Below are positions 35,832 to 46,119 of a stretch of DNA of 64,000 bases, piece after piece (position 1 is the stretch's first letter; each line of letters starts with the position of its first letter). The stretch lies in contig JANHCV010000011.1 in the NCBI GenBank assembly GCA_025594325.1, positions 1,054,001 through 1,118,000 on the forward strand, written 5' to 3'. The stretch is from Blastocladiella emersonii ATCC 22665 (Eukaryota; Fungi; Blastocladiomycota). Both the position numbers and the translations under genes were made by a program. The notes under the pieces were generated by a model. That model had not been told where the DNA came from and did no database searches. It was given only the letters and a program-made list of their open reading frames with translations.

Positions 35832-38116
35832 CTAGTCCAACGTCGAGCTGTTGACGTGGTCTCCTTGCGCGTTGCTGCCTTGGGCTGCCGCCTCAATGAT
35901 GGTGTTGGCAAACGAGGCAAGCGAACTCACCTCCGACTCCTCGCTACCGCTGACGAGCGACTCGTCGTCGCTCCACTCGGTGTCGCGGAAAGCCACAGGA
36001 ACGAGATCCCGCTTCCACTGCGGGCTCGCGTCTGAGAGTTTAAGCAGGTCGCGGCACACCCACTTGGCGTTGATGGGGAGAAGTTCTTCGAGCAGAAGCT
36101 GCGTCGTGGGCATGGTCCAGCTGTAGGAAGCTGGATCCGCCGCCTCGGAGCTGAGTCGCGCCTGCAGCGCATCGTTGGACGCGAAGAAAGTCGGATGCGG
36201 AAAGAACTCGTTTGCGAAACGCGCCTGTTCGAGCCCTTTCGGGTACATGGCGAGGATCGTGTGGAACGCGAAGCGCCACGGTGTCCACGATGCGGGCGCG
36301 TCCGGGTGCAGCGTGACCTCGAGATGGTCGAGTGATGGCCCGTTCGGCGACTGCAAATGCTTGAGGAGAAGGATTTCGAGGTAGAAGCAGGTACGCCAGC
36401 GCGGACCCCAGTCATCGACGCCGCCGATCTGGCACATCGCGGTTGCCTGATGCTCGGGACGGTTCAGCATGTAAACGACGAGATCGGCGAGGTGAAGTGC
36501 AGCGTCGGTCTTAAGAAAATCGGCATGCGACGGGGCCTTGCTGAAGAGCTCGCGGAAGACCATGGCCGGATCGTGCGAGTGAGGCGGGCTGATCAGCGCC
36601 TGGCCCATGGTAGGAAAGTACCGGTAGAAGTGGTCCATCATTTCCATGTCCCACTCGGTAATCTCGTGAATCTGAATCCCGTTCTCAAGCGCGAGCAAAA
36701 GTCCGAATCGAGCCGTCTCGAACTGGGTGATTTGATCGAAAGCAAAATACGTGAAAACTAACAGGCGAAGTGGGCAGTGTGAGTGCGAGCCAATACTTGT
36801 AAATGAAGCAAATGGGCGAACGCACCGTGCTCCTTCAGCCTGCTGTGAAAATCGCGAGGATCAAGGACCTCTTTGGCGAAATCGAACATTGCCCGGTCGC
36901 AGCGAAGCAGGGCGGCTTGCAGTTGCTGCGTCAGGAGGTGCCCTGTTCTGATACCAAGATCAGCGAAGCGGTGCAGCTGATCAACTGTGAGGTAATGGTT
37001 TGAGAGGTGGGCTCCGAGATACCCCTCGAACTCGTACGCTTCGCCTCCGTCGTGACCGTAATCATAAAACAGACGTTCGAAGGGAGATCTGGAGCGAGGA
37101 CCCTCGTTTTTGCCGAACTCGGCGTGGACTGCAGCGATGAGTTCGGGAGCTGCGCGAGCCAAGACGACCTCGGCATAGTACGGGTACCTGCTGGGGCTCG
37201 GATACCAATCATTGTCAAGTAGCCACTCAAGATCGTCGAGTATCACATCGTTAGAGAGGTGTTCGGCCTTGACGTAGGTTGAGAGTAGGACGACACCATG
37301 GTCGCTTGACGCGTGCTCGATGATTGTGTTACGCTTGAGCCCGAAGGGCCGCTCCTCGAGACGGATTGCGGAGTCAATGTCCCATTGAAAGACGGCGCGC
37401 GCTCCAAGGTACGAGACGAGTCCAAGCGCGGGATGTCTGCCCAAGCGACATGGCTGCGACCACTTGTAAAGATTGCGCACGATGCAGCTGTCCCATTCGC
37501 AGCCGAGAAAGTGGAGATCCAAGAGCCTGCAAGTCCAGGGGCGGAAGCAGTTTAGTTTGTTTCGGAGACAAAGGACGAGGTGCTCGAGCAAGTCGAGTTC
37601 GCCAATCAGTCCGAGAAAGTTGGTTACTTGGAGCAGGACGATAACCGGGTGCCACGACGCAGGACCGAAAGCGGATGCGCTGGCGGCCTCGGTCATGGCG
37701 GTAACATACGCGATCCACGCCTGCTTGTCAGTGCGATTGAGACGACGACGTTGCATATCGGCCTCGATGGCATCCACAAGGCATTCAAGGAAGCTGCGAT
37801 TGAACGGGAGTGCAGGGCGATGAGCCTCCTCGCCTCGCACATCCGCGGCCCATGCCGCGCGATCAGCAACCAAGAGGCGACCAAGGTACGCGCTCGTGCG
37901 CATGCGGATCGGGAGGTTCGGCTCTGGCCACTTGGGTCGGACGACCAGGAGCTCATCGTCTCGAACGAGGACCATCCGGAGCCAGGCATAGTCCAAGTTA
38001 CCCGAGGAAGAGAGCGTGTGGATAATTCGCGAGGCCGCGACGAGCACAGATCGCGGAGTGGCAAGCGCGGCGATGCACTCGAGCAGTTCGAGTGGAAGAG
38101 TCAACAAGGAAGTCAT
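35832..38116 (-). CDS. F-box-like / ankyrin-like orphan family, subfamily 2, copy E (two exons)
   Basis: N-terminus LLTLPLELLECIAALATPRSVL. Phase-1 intron 36758-36825 (GTGCGT...TTAG) joins ORFs 36758..38143 and 35832..36698 in frame (KEH|VFTYFAF...LLALENG). Confidence 0.7.
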
Positions 38117-38237
38117 TGCATGAAGTTGCAAGGTTTCATTCATAGCCGTTCATGAGTTTCATAGGGGTCGCGAAGAGCGCAAGAGTGAGACCGAACGCGC
38201 GTTTCAAAGTCTGGCTGGCCACGAGATGAGCGACGCG

Positions 38238-38296
38238 TCGCCTTTCGCCTTTCGCCTTTCGCCCCTTTCGCCTTTCGCCTTTCGCCTTGCGCCTTT
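38238..38296. repeat. Heptamer microsatellite (TCGCCTT/CGCCTTT)n
   Basis: About 8 imperfect tandem copies visible directly. Confidence 0.9.
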
Positions 38297-39056
38297 TGAT
38301 TCACGTCGGAGATCGCACCACGGACTGAAACGAACCCAAACCCAACTTGGTTTCCTCCCGTACCGCCCTCCTCAATTGGGCTCGTTGCTGACGGTGAACC
38401 TGGCTCAGACTCAGTTTGAGTAAAGAGTCAAGCTCGTGCGCTCGCCGCACTTGCGTCGCCCATCGAGCGGCACGCCTTCAGCTCGCCACACGTGCGTCGC
38501 CCATCGAGAGGCACGCCTTCCGCACTCCCTCCCTTGTCAGAAGCCGTACGATGTATTCATGGAGAATGACCGAATGCAATCATTGACTGAGGCTATACAC
38601 ATGGATCCTATGCAACCGGCCCGCCCGCGGCCGACCTTGCTCTCGGCCGCTGCCAAGGCTCTGCTCCAAACTCAGGTTACGCCATTCGGTGGCCGCTAAC
38701 GCCGACGTGAAAAGCTGTATCATGATCATTTGTCTTGCGTACTTTGTGCCAGAAGCTCACTCGGTTGGGAGCGACTGCGGCTTTCGCAGGCGCTGCTTCT
38801 CATTGCCCTCGTTCGCTGCGCTACGCGAGGCTCCTGCAGTGAGCGAGCTTGTCAGCACGACCCTACAGCAGCTCCTCGACGATTTGAATCGTACCCGTTA
38901 ATTTTGAAAATGGTTCGTGTGAGGCTTAGCGACAATAACGGCACAGTATAGCACACCTGACTTGCTGGTGCGTCCGCTGCTGCCCTGACACTGGCGAGGG
39001 ACTTCACATAGTTTCTTTTTAACGCTTTTTATCTCCCGCCGTACTTCTTTTCAACG

Positions 39057-41408
39057 CTACTCATCGTCACCCGGTCCCTCCAAGTCCCAATCCGCCAGCT
39101 CGCTGTGGTTATTGCTCGTATCTCCGACGCTTGCAGCAGCCGTCATTGCGATTACGGCCTTGGCGAACGAGACAAGCGAGTCCGTGTTGTCGTCGCCGCT
39201 CGCGCTCTCGCTCTCGCTCTCGCTCCAATCCATGTCGCTCCAATCCATGTCGCGGAAAGCCACAGGCACGAGATCCCGCTTCCACTGCGGGCTCGCGTCC
39301 GAGAGCTTGAGCAAGTCGCGGCACACCCACTTGGCGTTGACAGGAAGCAGCTCCTCGACTAACAGCTGCGTCGTGGGCATGGTTCAGCTGCAGTACGACG
39401 GATCAGCGGCCTCGGCGGCAAGTCGCGCCAGCAGCGCGTCGTCCGACAGAAAGAACGTTTGGGGCGGGATTCGGAGCGGAACGCGCGCGTCGACCAACCG
39501 CGACTGCTTGAGCGCGCTCGGGTACATTGCAAGAACCGCGTGAAGCGCAAACCGCCACGGCGTCCACGATGCGGGCGCGTCCGGGTGAAGCGGGATTGGA
39601 AGATGCTCGAGAGAAGCCGCGTTCGGGGCTCGCGAGTGCTTGAGAAGCAAGACATCGAGATAGAAGCTCGTGATGCCGCGCACGCCCATATCGTCGACGC
39701 CGCTAATCTGGTGCAACGCCGTGGCGTAGTGCTCGGGGCTGTTGAGCGCGAACACGGTGAGATCGGCAAGGTGAAGCGCGGCGGTGGTCTCGAGGAAACG
39801 CGAGCCGCGGAATGCCTGGTTGAAAAGCTGGACAAAGACCGCGGCTGGGTCATGCGAGAGCGGCGGGCTGACGAGATCTTGGGTCATGGTCGGAAATCGC
39901 TGGAAGAAACTGTCAACGGTGACATTATCCCAATCTAGGAGGTTGTCAACAGAAAGGTCGTTCTCAAGGGCAAGCGAGAGACCAAAGCGAACAGGTTCAA
40001 GGTCGGTGAGCCGCTTGAGAGAAGCGAGGGCTATAGTAAACAGCGGCAGTGCAACGTCCGTGAGCAGTTGTCGAAGGCAGCGTGTCGTCAGTGAGCAGTT
40101 TTGGCGATTATGCCCCGCGTACCTTCCCAGTCCAGCCTGGATTGAAACGCAGCTTGGCCCAGCGTTTCCCGAGCAAAGTCAAACATGGCGCGATCTCAGC
40201 GAGGCAGGGCCATTTCAAGCTGTTGCGTCAAAAGTTGCTGCAGTCCAATCCCAACTTTAGCAAAGCGACGCATCTGGTCCACGGAGAGATAACGCTTCGC
40301 GACAGCCCTGGCTAGCTCGTTTTCAAAAACGAGCGCGTCGCCCTCCTCGCCGTCGAGATAGTCGAACGTGCCCTCGTCATCGACTGGGTCTGGATCAGGA
40401 TCACGGGTGCGGCCGAAGGCAGCGTGGACCGCAGCAATCAGATCGGGGTCCTCGCGGGCAAGCACAAACGCGGCATAGTGCGTGAAATCGTCGTGACGCA
40501 GTCGCCAACCGTGGTCGTAAAGCCAATGGAGCTGAGCTAGAATCGTGTCGTTGCTAATGTGCTTCGAGTCGATGGATGCGAGAAGAAGGTAAATACCACC
40601 TTCGCTCGACGCAAGAGTGGCCATATTCTCGTGATTGAACTTGAAGCCCTGTTGCGTAAGGAGCCGCAGCAACTCAATGTCCCATTGGAGGACGGCACGC
40701 ATTGCGAGGTAGAAGGGGATGCCAAGGGCAAGATATTTTCCAGGGGATTCGCACTGATTCGCCCACTCGTGCAGGGCGCGCATTGGCTCATTTCTCCACT
40801 CGCAGCTGAGGTAAAAGAAGTCGAGCAATTCGCAGGTCCAGGGCGAGAATGCGGGTAGGTGAGCCTCGAGACTTCTTAAAGCGTGGGCAATCAGGTCAAT
40901 CCGCCCCGCCAAGACAAGGACGGTCAAGACCTGGAGGAGAATGACAGCGGGATGCCACGTCGAGACGCCAGCAGTGTGAGTACCAGCGTCATCGGTCACC
41001 GACGCAATATACATGGTCCACGCGTCGTCGTCGCCGCACATCGGCCACGATATAAAGCACGAGTCGATGCAGAAAGTCACGAGTAAACGGGAGGGTTGGT
41101 CGGGCGATTACGACCTCGCCTTGCATGGCCGCGGCGCGCGCAGAACGATCCGCTGCGAGGAGCCGACCGAGATACAGGCTCATGTGCGTGCGGAGGGGCA
41201 CCCTTCGTTGGTGCGGCTTGGGCAATACGCCGAACGCCACGTTCTCTCGGACAACCACGAACCGAAGCCACGCGTAGTGAAGGGAACCAGAGACAGAAAG
41301 CGTGTGCACGACCCTCGAGGTCGCGAGCAGCACCGCCCGCGGAGTAGCAAGTAACACGACGCGCTCGAGTATGTCATAAGGAAGCTCCGGTTGGGACAGG
41401 GTTGACAT
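39057..41408 (-). pseudogene. F-box-like family subfamily 2, copy D, pseudogene
   Basis: Colinear with copy E, including the intron. Four lesions: deletion frameshift at about 41030, TGC>TGA at 40196, +1 frameshift at about 39960, and TGG>TGA at 39384. Confidence 0.8.
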
Positions 41409-41685
41409 TGCATAAAGTGGCGAAAGTTTATTCATCAGTTTCATGCGTTGACTATCGCGGCCACGGAGAGGCGGGCGTGAGATCGCTCGGCGCGTCCTTC
41501 GCCGCTCAGCGAGGCGTTTCAGCTCGCAGCGATCACATGATATCAAAACGCGTCTCCACCAACCTGCTCGAGGACGTTGAGAGTCGTGCAACTCCACGAG
41601 AAAACGAAATCGATATGTGCAGCGAAAAGAATGACGTGTATGAAACGATCAACCCGAGCAGGAAGGGTGAGGTCAAGGGTACAAA
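41391..41685. repeat. Diverged direct repeat (subfamily-2 start + promoter + spacer), copy 1
   Basis: Aligns by eye with 41958-42245 (GACATTGCATA..., GGAGAGGC.GGCGTG.GATCGC, CTCGCAGCGATCACATGATATC.AAACGCGTCTC, GCAGCG...GAATGA.GTGTATG). Confidence 0.75.
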
Positions 41686-41957
41686 GTGTGGACGGCGGCC
41701 GAGTTTTCGCTGGTGCGCGACGACGCGGACGTGGCGCTGGCCGCGTTGCAAGTCCCGTCGCTCGTCGACACGTGCATCAAGAAGATCGTGGACCTGATCG
41801 ACGACGTCGAATCGCTGGGCGACCTGTCCAAGAACGCGCTGCGCAAGTTTGCGCGCGTCGTGTGCAAGAAGCGCATGCTCAACGCGGGCCCGCTGCCGCT
41901 GTTCACGGGCGACCACGTCACGTCGCTGACGCTCTTCGACGTGACGCTGACCGACGT
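41686..41957 (+). pseudogene. RAD7: Isolated internal fragment of a RAD7/Rhp7-like LRR nucleotide-excision-repair gene
   Basis: VPSLVDTCIKKIVDLIDDVESLGDLSKNALRKFARVVCKKRML...LFTGDHVTSLTLFD matches my recollection of the Rad7/Rhp7 pre-LRR block. Host-like GC3-rich codons; no start, stop or flanking exons. Confidence 0.72.
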
Positions 41958-42245
41958 TTGGGGCAGGGCCGACATTGCATACAGTGGCAGAGGTTATCCA
42001 TCAGTGTTCATCATATTGTCATTGTGGAGGCGGAGAGGCAGGCGTGTGATCGCACAGCGCTCCCTCATCGCGCCGCAAAATAGCGTCTCGCAGCGATCAC
42101 ATGATATCGAAACGCGTCTCAAGACACATCCAAAGTCAAGGGAACCGCGATAGACCAGAATGGTAGGAGCAGCGCCGAGAATGAAGTGTATGGGACGAGG
42201 AATTTGGGCTGATAGGGTGTGGGTGGGAACAGAGTCAGGGTCGGC
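41958..42245. repeat. Diverged direct repeat copy 2, including a truncated subfamily-2 start (ATG at 41975, MSALPQ)
   Basis: See copy 1; homology to copy D stops about 6 codons after the ATG, where the RAD7 fragment begins. Confidence 0.75.
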
Positions 42246-42253
42246 ATGGAGCA

Positions 42254-44671
42254 TCAGATCGGGGCGTCGTAGGCCTCCATGAAAGCGGGCGAACATGCGA
42301 CGGTGGGAGCGAGGTGATGCAGACCCTCACGCACGCCGGGTGGGAGCGCGTTATCGTGGGTCGGCGCGGTGGCGGTAGCATCAGAGGCGGTGGTGACTTG
42401 CGCCGCGAGAATGGCCAGCTCGTGCAGGGTCGCGACACCGTCGAACACGCCTCCGGGGAGCTGCGCCCAGACCTGCAGAGCGACAGCGAGTCCGCACGGC
42501 GTCGTCAGCAGGGCGTCGAGCATTGCGCGCGGCATGGCCGTCGCAACAGCGTGCGCGACCCGGAGCACCGTGGCGTTGCGGTCGCAAGCACATTGCGGCG
42601 ATCCGGGCGCCGCGGATCCGTGCTTCCGGCCGTCGTGACCAGCGGCACACTTGACAAGGTAGTCCAACAGCCGCTTGGGAAGCCGGAGATCGCGCGCGAT
42701 TGCCGTGGACAACGGAAACGCTTCCAGCAAGGCGGCGAGCGCGTCGCGCCAGGCCTGGTGCCACGATAGCGGACAGGTCGCGCAAACGACGAGGCCAGGC
42801 AACGTGCCGTAGACGCGGTTGCGGATGTGAGGTTGATGCTGATAGTCTGCGTCGTGCAAAAGTGAAGAGATCATATCGCTGCGAAGCTTGACCCCGCGAT
42901 TCGCGACCCGCATCATCTCGAGCGCCGGTCCGCGGGTTTGCGGGTCTGACAAGACTGCGACGGCAAGACGGGCGAGATTCAGGTAAGTGGCCGGAGAGTA
43001 CCCGTCGGTTTGGACCTGCATCCGCCGCATGACCATGCTGAGCAGATCCAGCGGCCGAATATCCATGTCGCCGCCCAGAAGCGCCGTGAACGGATCCAAA
43101 CACTCGCGAGAACCAGGACCGTTTGGCTGTTGAGGCGCGCGTGAGAACACGTTGCACAACGCGTCGAGATCAACAAGACCAGTTTCGAGAAGTCGGACCA
43201 CTCCATTTTGAATCAAAGTGTAGCGCTTGATTGCGCGCTCGAATGCTACACAACACCGTAACCCCTGTGAGTACCGTCGAACACACACGCTGAAGGGAAG
43301 CTGAACGGTACCACTCAATAGCGCCGCTCTCGTTCGAAGGTCCCCGATGCTCCCTCGAAGGGCAGTCACGGCGTCGTTGTGGTTAGAATGGCCCAGGCCG
43401 ACGACGAGGACGACAGCCACAGCTTCGCAGTCGCCCCGCTTCAATGCGGACGCGAGAACCTGCAGCCAGGCCTCATCCGACGCGAACTTGCGATCCAGAA
43501 GAAGCTCGAGGTTCGCGATTGTGAGCTTGCCCGCGTCAAACCACTGGCAAAGAGCCGTGTTTGATCTGTAGCACTGCAAGTGGTCGAGCGAGCGCCTGCC
43601 ATCGCGCTCGAAGAGCTTGCTGCAGCTGCACAGGAGCGTGAAGAAGTGGGTGGGTCCGCTCAAAAGCACGATTTCATAAATCACGGAAGGGGGCGAGCTA
43701 CGGCACCATCCATGGGCGTACAGCCATGCAATGACCTGGGAAAGCTGACCAGGAATATTGCCGATCTTGACCGAATCCCTGAGATGCAGGAGCATATGTC
43801 GACCGAGCCCGCTGCCCTCGAGGAGGTCAATTACAGCACTTGGCGATAATCCAAAGCGTTGGTCGAGCCCAAGGATTTCGAGCGAGCTCGATTGCCAGCT
43901 CGCGACGGCAAAGTAACCAAGCGCGTCAATGAGCCTGGCCTGACACGGTGTGAAGATACGGGCGTAGCCTCTGCCACACGAGTACGGCTTTAGGCCGTGG
44001 GCAACTGCAACGAAGCTCCAGTGATCAATATCCATGACAACATCAAGCAAATTCGGGAGAGCCGTGCGCGCGAGATCCAGAAGTTGTTTGAGCAACTTGG
44101 CCTGGCCAGTCATCGCGGCTGCAAAGAGGGACTGGACGAAGGCTGGGACCGCGTGCAGCCGAGGGTGATCGACTAGCCGATTGTCGTACAGCTGGAACGC
44201 CTTCTTCAGGGACCCCACATCAATGGCATTGCCGTGCTTTCGAGTCTCGGCCGGGATCCAGTGCGAGAACAAACTTGCCAGCCGGGGGAGAAGTGAGGGC
44301 TCGTGATTCCAGACGTGACCACCGTATTTAAGGTCAAATGGCTTGTTTGAATCGCCATCTCCCATCAATACGGGAAAAGGATTGACGCGTGAGCAGCGAA
44401 ACGTGAGGATGTGCCGCATGTGCGAAGTCGGGGAACCGTTTGGAGCCTCCGAGGCGCTCAGCAACTGCGCGAGTGAGCCGACGATTTGGTCCGTCCAGTG
44501 AATTCCAATGCGCTCGTCTTTGATCAAGCGGCGGAGACACGCCGAAGCGGTGCAGACGAGAGTTCGCGGGGCCGCGAGCGGAAGCATCATGCCGAGGATC
44601 TCGGGCGGCAAGTAATAATGCGCAAGAGTGGACAGCGGCGGGACCGCGTCGGATTGCATGAGGTCTTTCAT
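42254..44671 (-). CDS. F-box-like / ankyrin-like orphan family, subfamily 1, copy A
   Basis: 805-aa ORF; YLPPEILGMMLPLAAPR N-terminus; ankyrin-like FAAAMTGQAKLLKQLL and LASALKRGDCEAVAVVL; probable in-frame 66-nt intron 43246-43311 (GTACCG...TACTCAC...TAG). Confidence 0.75.
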   Translation of the reverse strand: MKDLMQSDAVPPLSTLAHYYLPPEILGMMLPLAAPRTLVCTASACLRRLIKDERIGIHWTDQIVGSLAQLLSASEAPNGSPTSHMRHILTFRCSRVNPFPVLMGDGDSNKPFDLKYGGHVWNHEPSLLPRLASLFSHWIPAETRKHGNAIDVGSLKKAFQLYDNRLVDHPRLHAVPAFVQSLFAAAMTGQAKLLKQLLDLARTALPNLLDVVMDIDHWSFVAVAHGLKPYSCGRGYARIFTPCQARLIDALGYFAVASWQSSSLEILGLDQRFGLSPSAVIDLLEGSGLGRHMLLHLRDSVKIGNIPGQLSQVIAWLYAHGWCRSSPPSVIYEIVLLSGPTHFFTLLCSCSKLFERDGRRSLDHLQCYRSNTALCQWFDAGKLTIANLELLLDRKFASDEAWLQVLASALKRGDCEAVAVVLVVGLGHSNHNDAVTALRGSIGDLRTRAALLSGTVQLPFSVCVRRYSQGLRCCVAFERAIKRYTLIQNGVVRLLETGLVDLDALCNVFSRAPQQPNGPGSRECLDPFTALLGGDMDIRPLDLLSMVMRRMQVQTDGYSPATYLNLARLAVAVLSDPQTRGPALEMMRVANRGVKLRSDMISSLLHDADYQHQPHIRNRVYGTLPGLVVCATCPLSWHQAWRDALAALLEAFPLSTAIARDLRLPKRLLDYLVKCAAGHDGRKHGSAAPGSPQCACDRNATVLRVAHAVATAMPRAMLDALLTTPCGLAVALQVWAQLPGGVFDGVATLHELAILAAQVTTASDATATAPTHDNALPPGVREGLHHLAPTVACSPAFMEAYDAPI

Positions 44672-44691
44672 GGCGATACGTGGCCGAGAAT

Positions 44692-44988
44692 GGACACGTT
44701 GCGCAATTTGGGCCTCCCCCCGAATCCTGAAAGGCTGGGCGCGTCACGCGACGCGCCGAACCGCAACGCAAGCGACCTGCCACGCCTCTCGACGAGCGCC
44801 GCACTCGCGACTCCCTGCAAAGCGAGGGCCGAACTTTCAGGCCTCGCTTCCGCGCGTCGGCCGGATGCGGCGCGCGGCGAAATGGGTGGCAGGTCGCGGC
44901 GGCGCCCGCAAGCTGGCGGCGGCGCAGGTCGCGTGGACGCGCCAGCCTTTCAAGATTCGGGGGGAGGCCCGAATTGCGCAACGTGTCC
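44692..44988. mobile_element. MITE, 297 bp, about 60-bp TIRs, 3-bp TSD (AAT)
   Basis: Left GGACACGTTGCGCAATTTGGGCCTCCCCCCGAATCCTGAAAGGCTGG is nearly the perfect reverse complement of the right end. AAT at 44689-44691 and 44989-44991. The element is absent from the homologous 5' region of copy B. Confidence 0.9.
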
Positions 44989-45059
44989 AATGAGTTGGGT
45001 GGGAGGGGCGAATGTGGCCGACGCGTGGGAAAACGCGAAGCGCGCTTGACCAACGCGTC

Positions 45060-45097
45060 ACATGTACAGTCACATGATTGTTTGTCGCGTCTCGCAG
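45060..45097. promoter_or_regulatory. Conserved upstream module TCACATG...TCACATGAT-N7-CGCGTCTCGCA (also at about 54405-54441)
   Basis: Near-identical upstream of copies A and B. The related CTCGCAGCGATCACATGAT-N7-CGCGTCTC occurs at 41523, 42087 and 51781. Confidence 0.5.
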
Positions 45098-46119
45098 TGC
45101 CTTTGCGGCGCCAAAAACGCGTCGCGCGCGCCTGCGCCAGCTTCTTGTAGCAGTTCGATCGTGCCTTGCACCAGCGCGCGCAAAGTTTGGCCAGGGGGAA
45201 GCATGATGTTGAACTTCCCCATGGGCCTGAATGGAGGCCATCGCGCCGCCAAGTACATATCGCATGAAGGTTCCATTAAACGAGCCAAGTCGATGGAATC
45301 CAGTGATTTGAGCGGTTTGGGCCGAAGGGGGGCTCCTCCCAAATGTGTGCGGTTGTCGTGCATGCCCTTGGCTCAGGCGAACGCGAGAAGGCTCGTCCGA
45401 TGAGATGTCGGATCAAGCAGCTGAGCCATGCGATAGCGCCCCGTGTGATGCGCGATGCTGAAGCAGCGGAACGACGTGTATACCTTGGATGTGGATTGCA
45501 GGTGGGAGTTCGTCGTGCGAGTTCGTTATGAACTGGTTAGAATGCGGCTGGAGCGAACTTTACCTGATCTCGCCCGACCCTCGCGCATTGATATTCAGAG
45601 CACGGAAGTTGGAAGCTCTCGGCCAACCTTACGCGGTCTTGCGACCAGCGACTGGAGGCCATGGCCACGGTGACCATGATCGCGGTGACCGTGAGACATG
45701 GCTGCTAAACGCTTGCTATTTCGGTGGCACGTCATTTCAGACAATCGCAATAGAGAGAATTTATTAAAAAAAGCTTGGACGATTCGCATCTTGCCAGCGG
45801 TGAGCCGCTGGCGTGTAATTTGCTTGCGTAGATGATATCCAGAGTTTCTACCCTTGGTCTCACATCTACAGAGTCAGTGATTTACTTGCGGCCATGGCCA
45901 GCGACGAGTCGGCGCGGCTACCGGTCGACGGCCATGGTCATGGCCGCCGTTGGTCGGGTCACCGCGGCCAGCTTTACCCCACCAAACTCCATTCGCAACG
46001 TGACCGAAACGGAGCACGGCGATCATTCAATAAAGTCGTGAGACACCTGGAGCATAGGAACAAAAAAGATCAGCTATATCTATCACTTCACACATAACCT
46101 CGCTCGCCTCCCTCTCGCC

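Noticed and set aside
39057-41408. RIP-like hypermutation of the pseudogene
   Set aside because: The lesions are mixed (indels, C>A, G>A); there is no evident systematic C>T bias, though this was not computed.
41523-42120. Repeat-fragment-repeat as a CRISPR-like array
   Set aside because: Only two long, diverged repeats that are duplicated gene flanks; eukaryotic context; no cas genes.
35832-46000. Lower-GC island as an endogenous giant virus or recent horizontal transfer
   Set aside because: No viral hallmark genes (capsid, polymerase, packaging ATPase) were seen, and the family genes share spliceosomal introns.
45100-46090. Short ORFs between the MITE region and the TRP gene
   Set aside because: No recognisable motifs or host codon style; cannot support a gene call.
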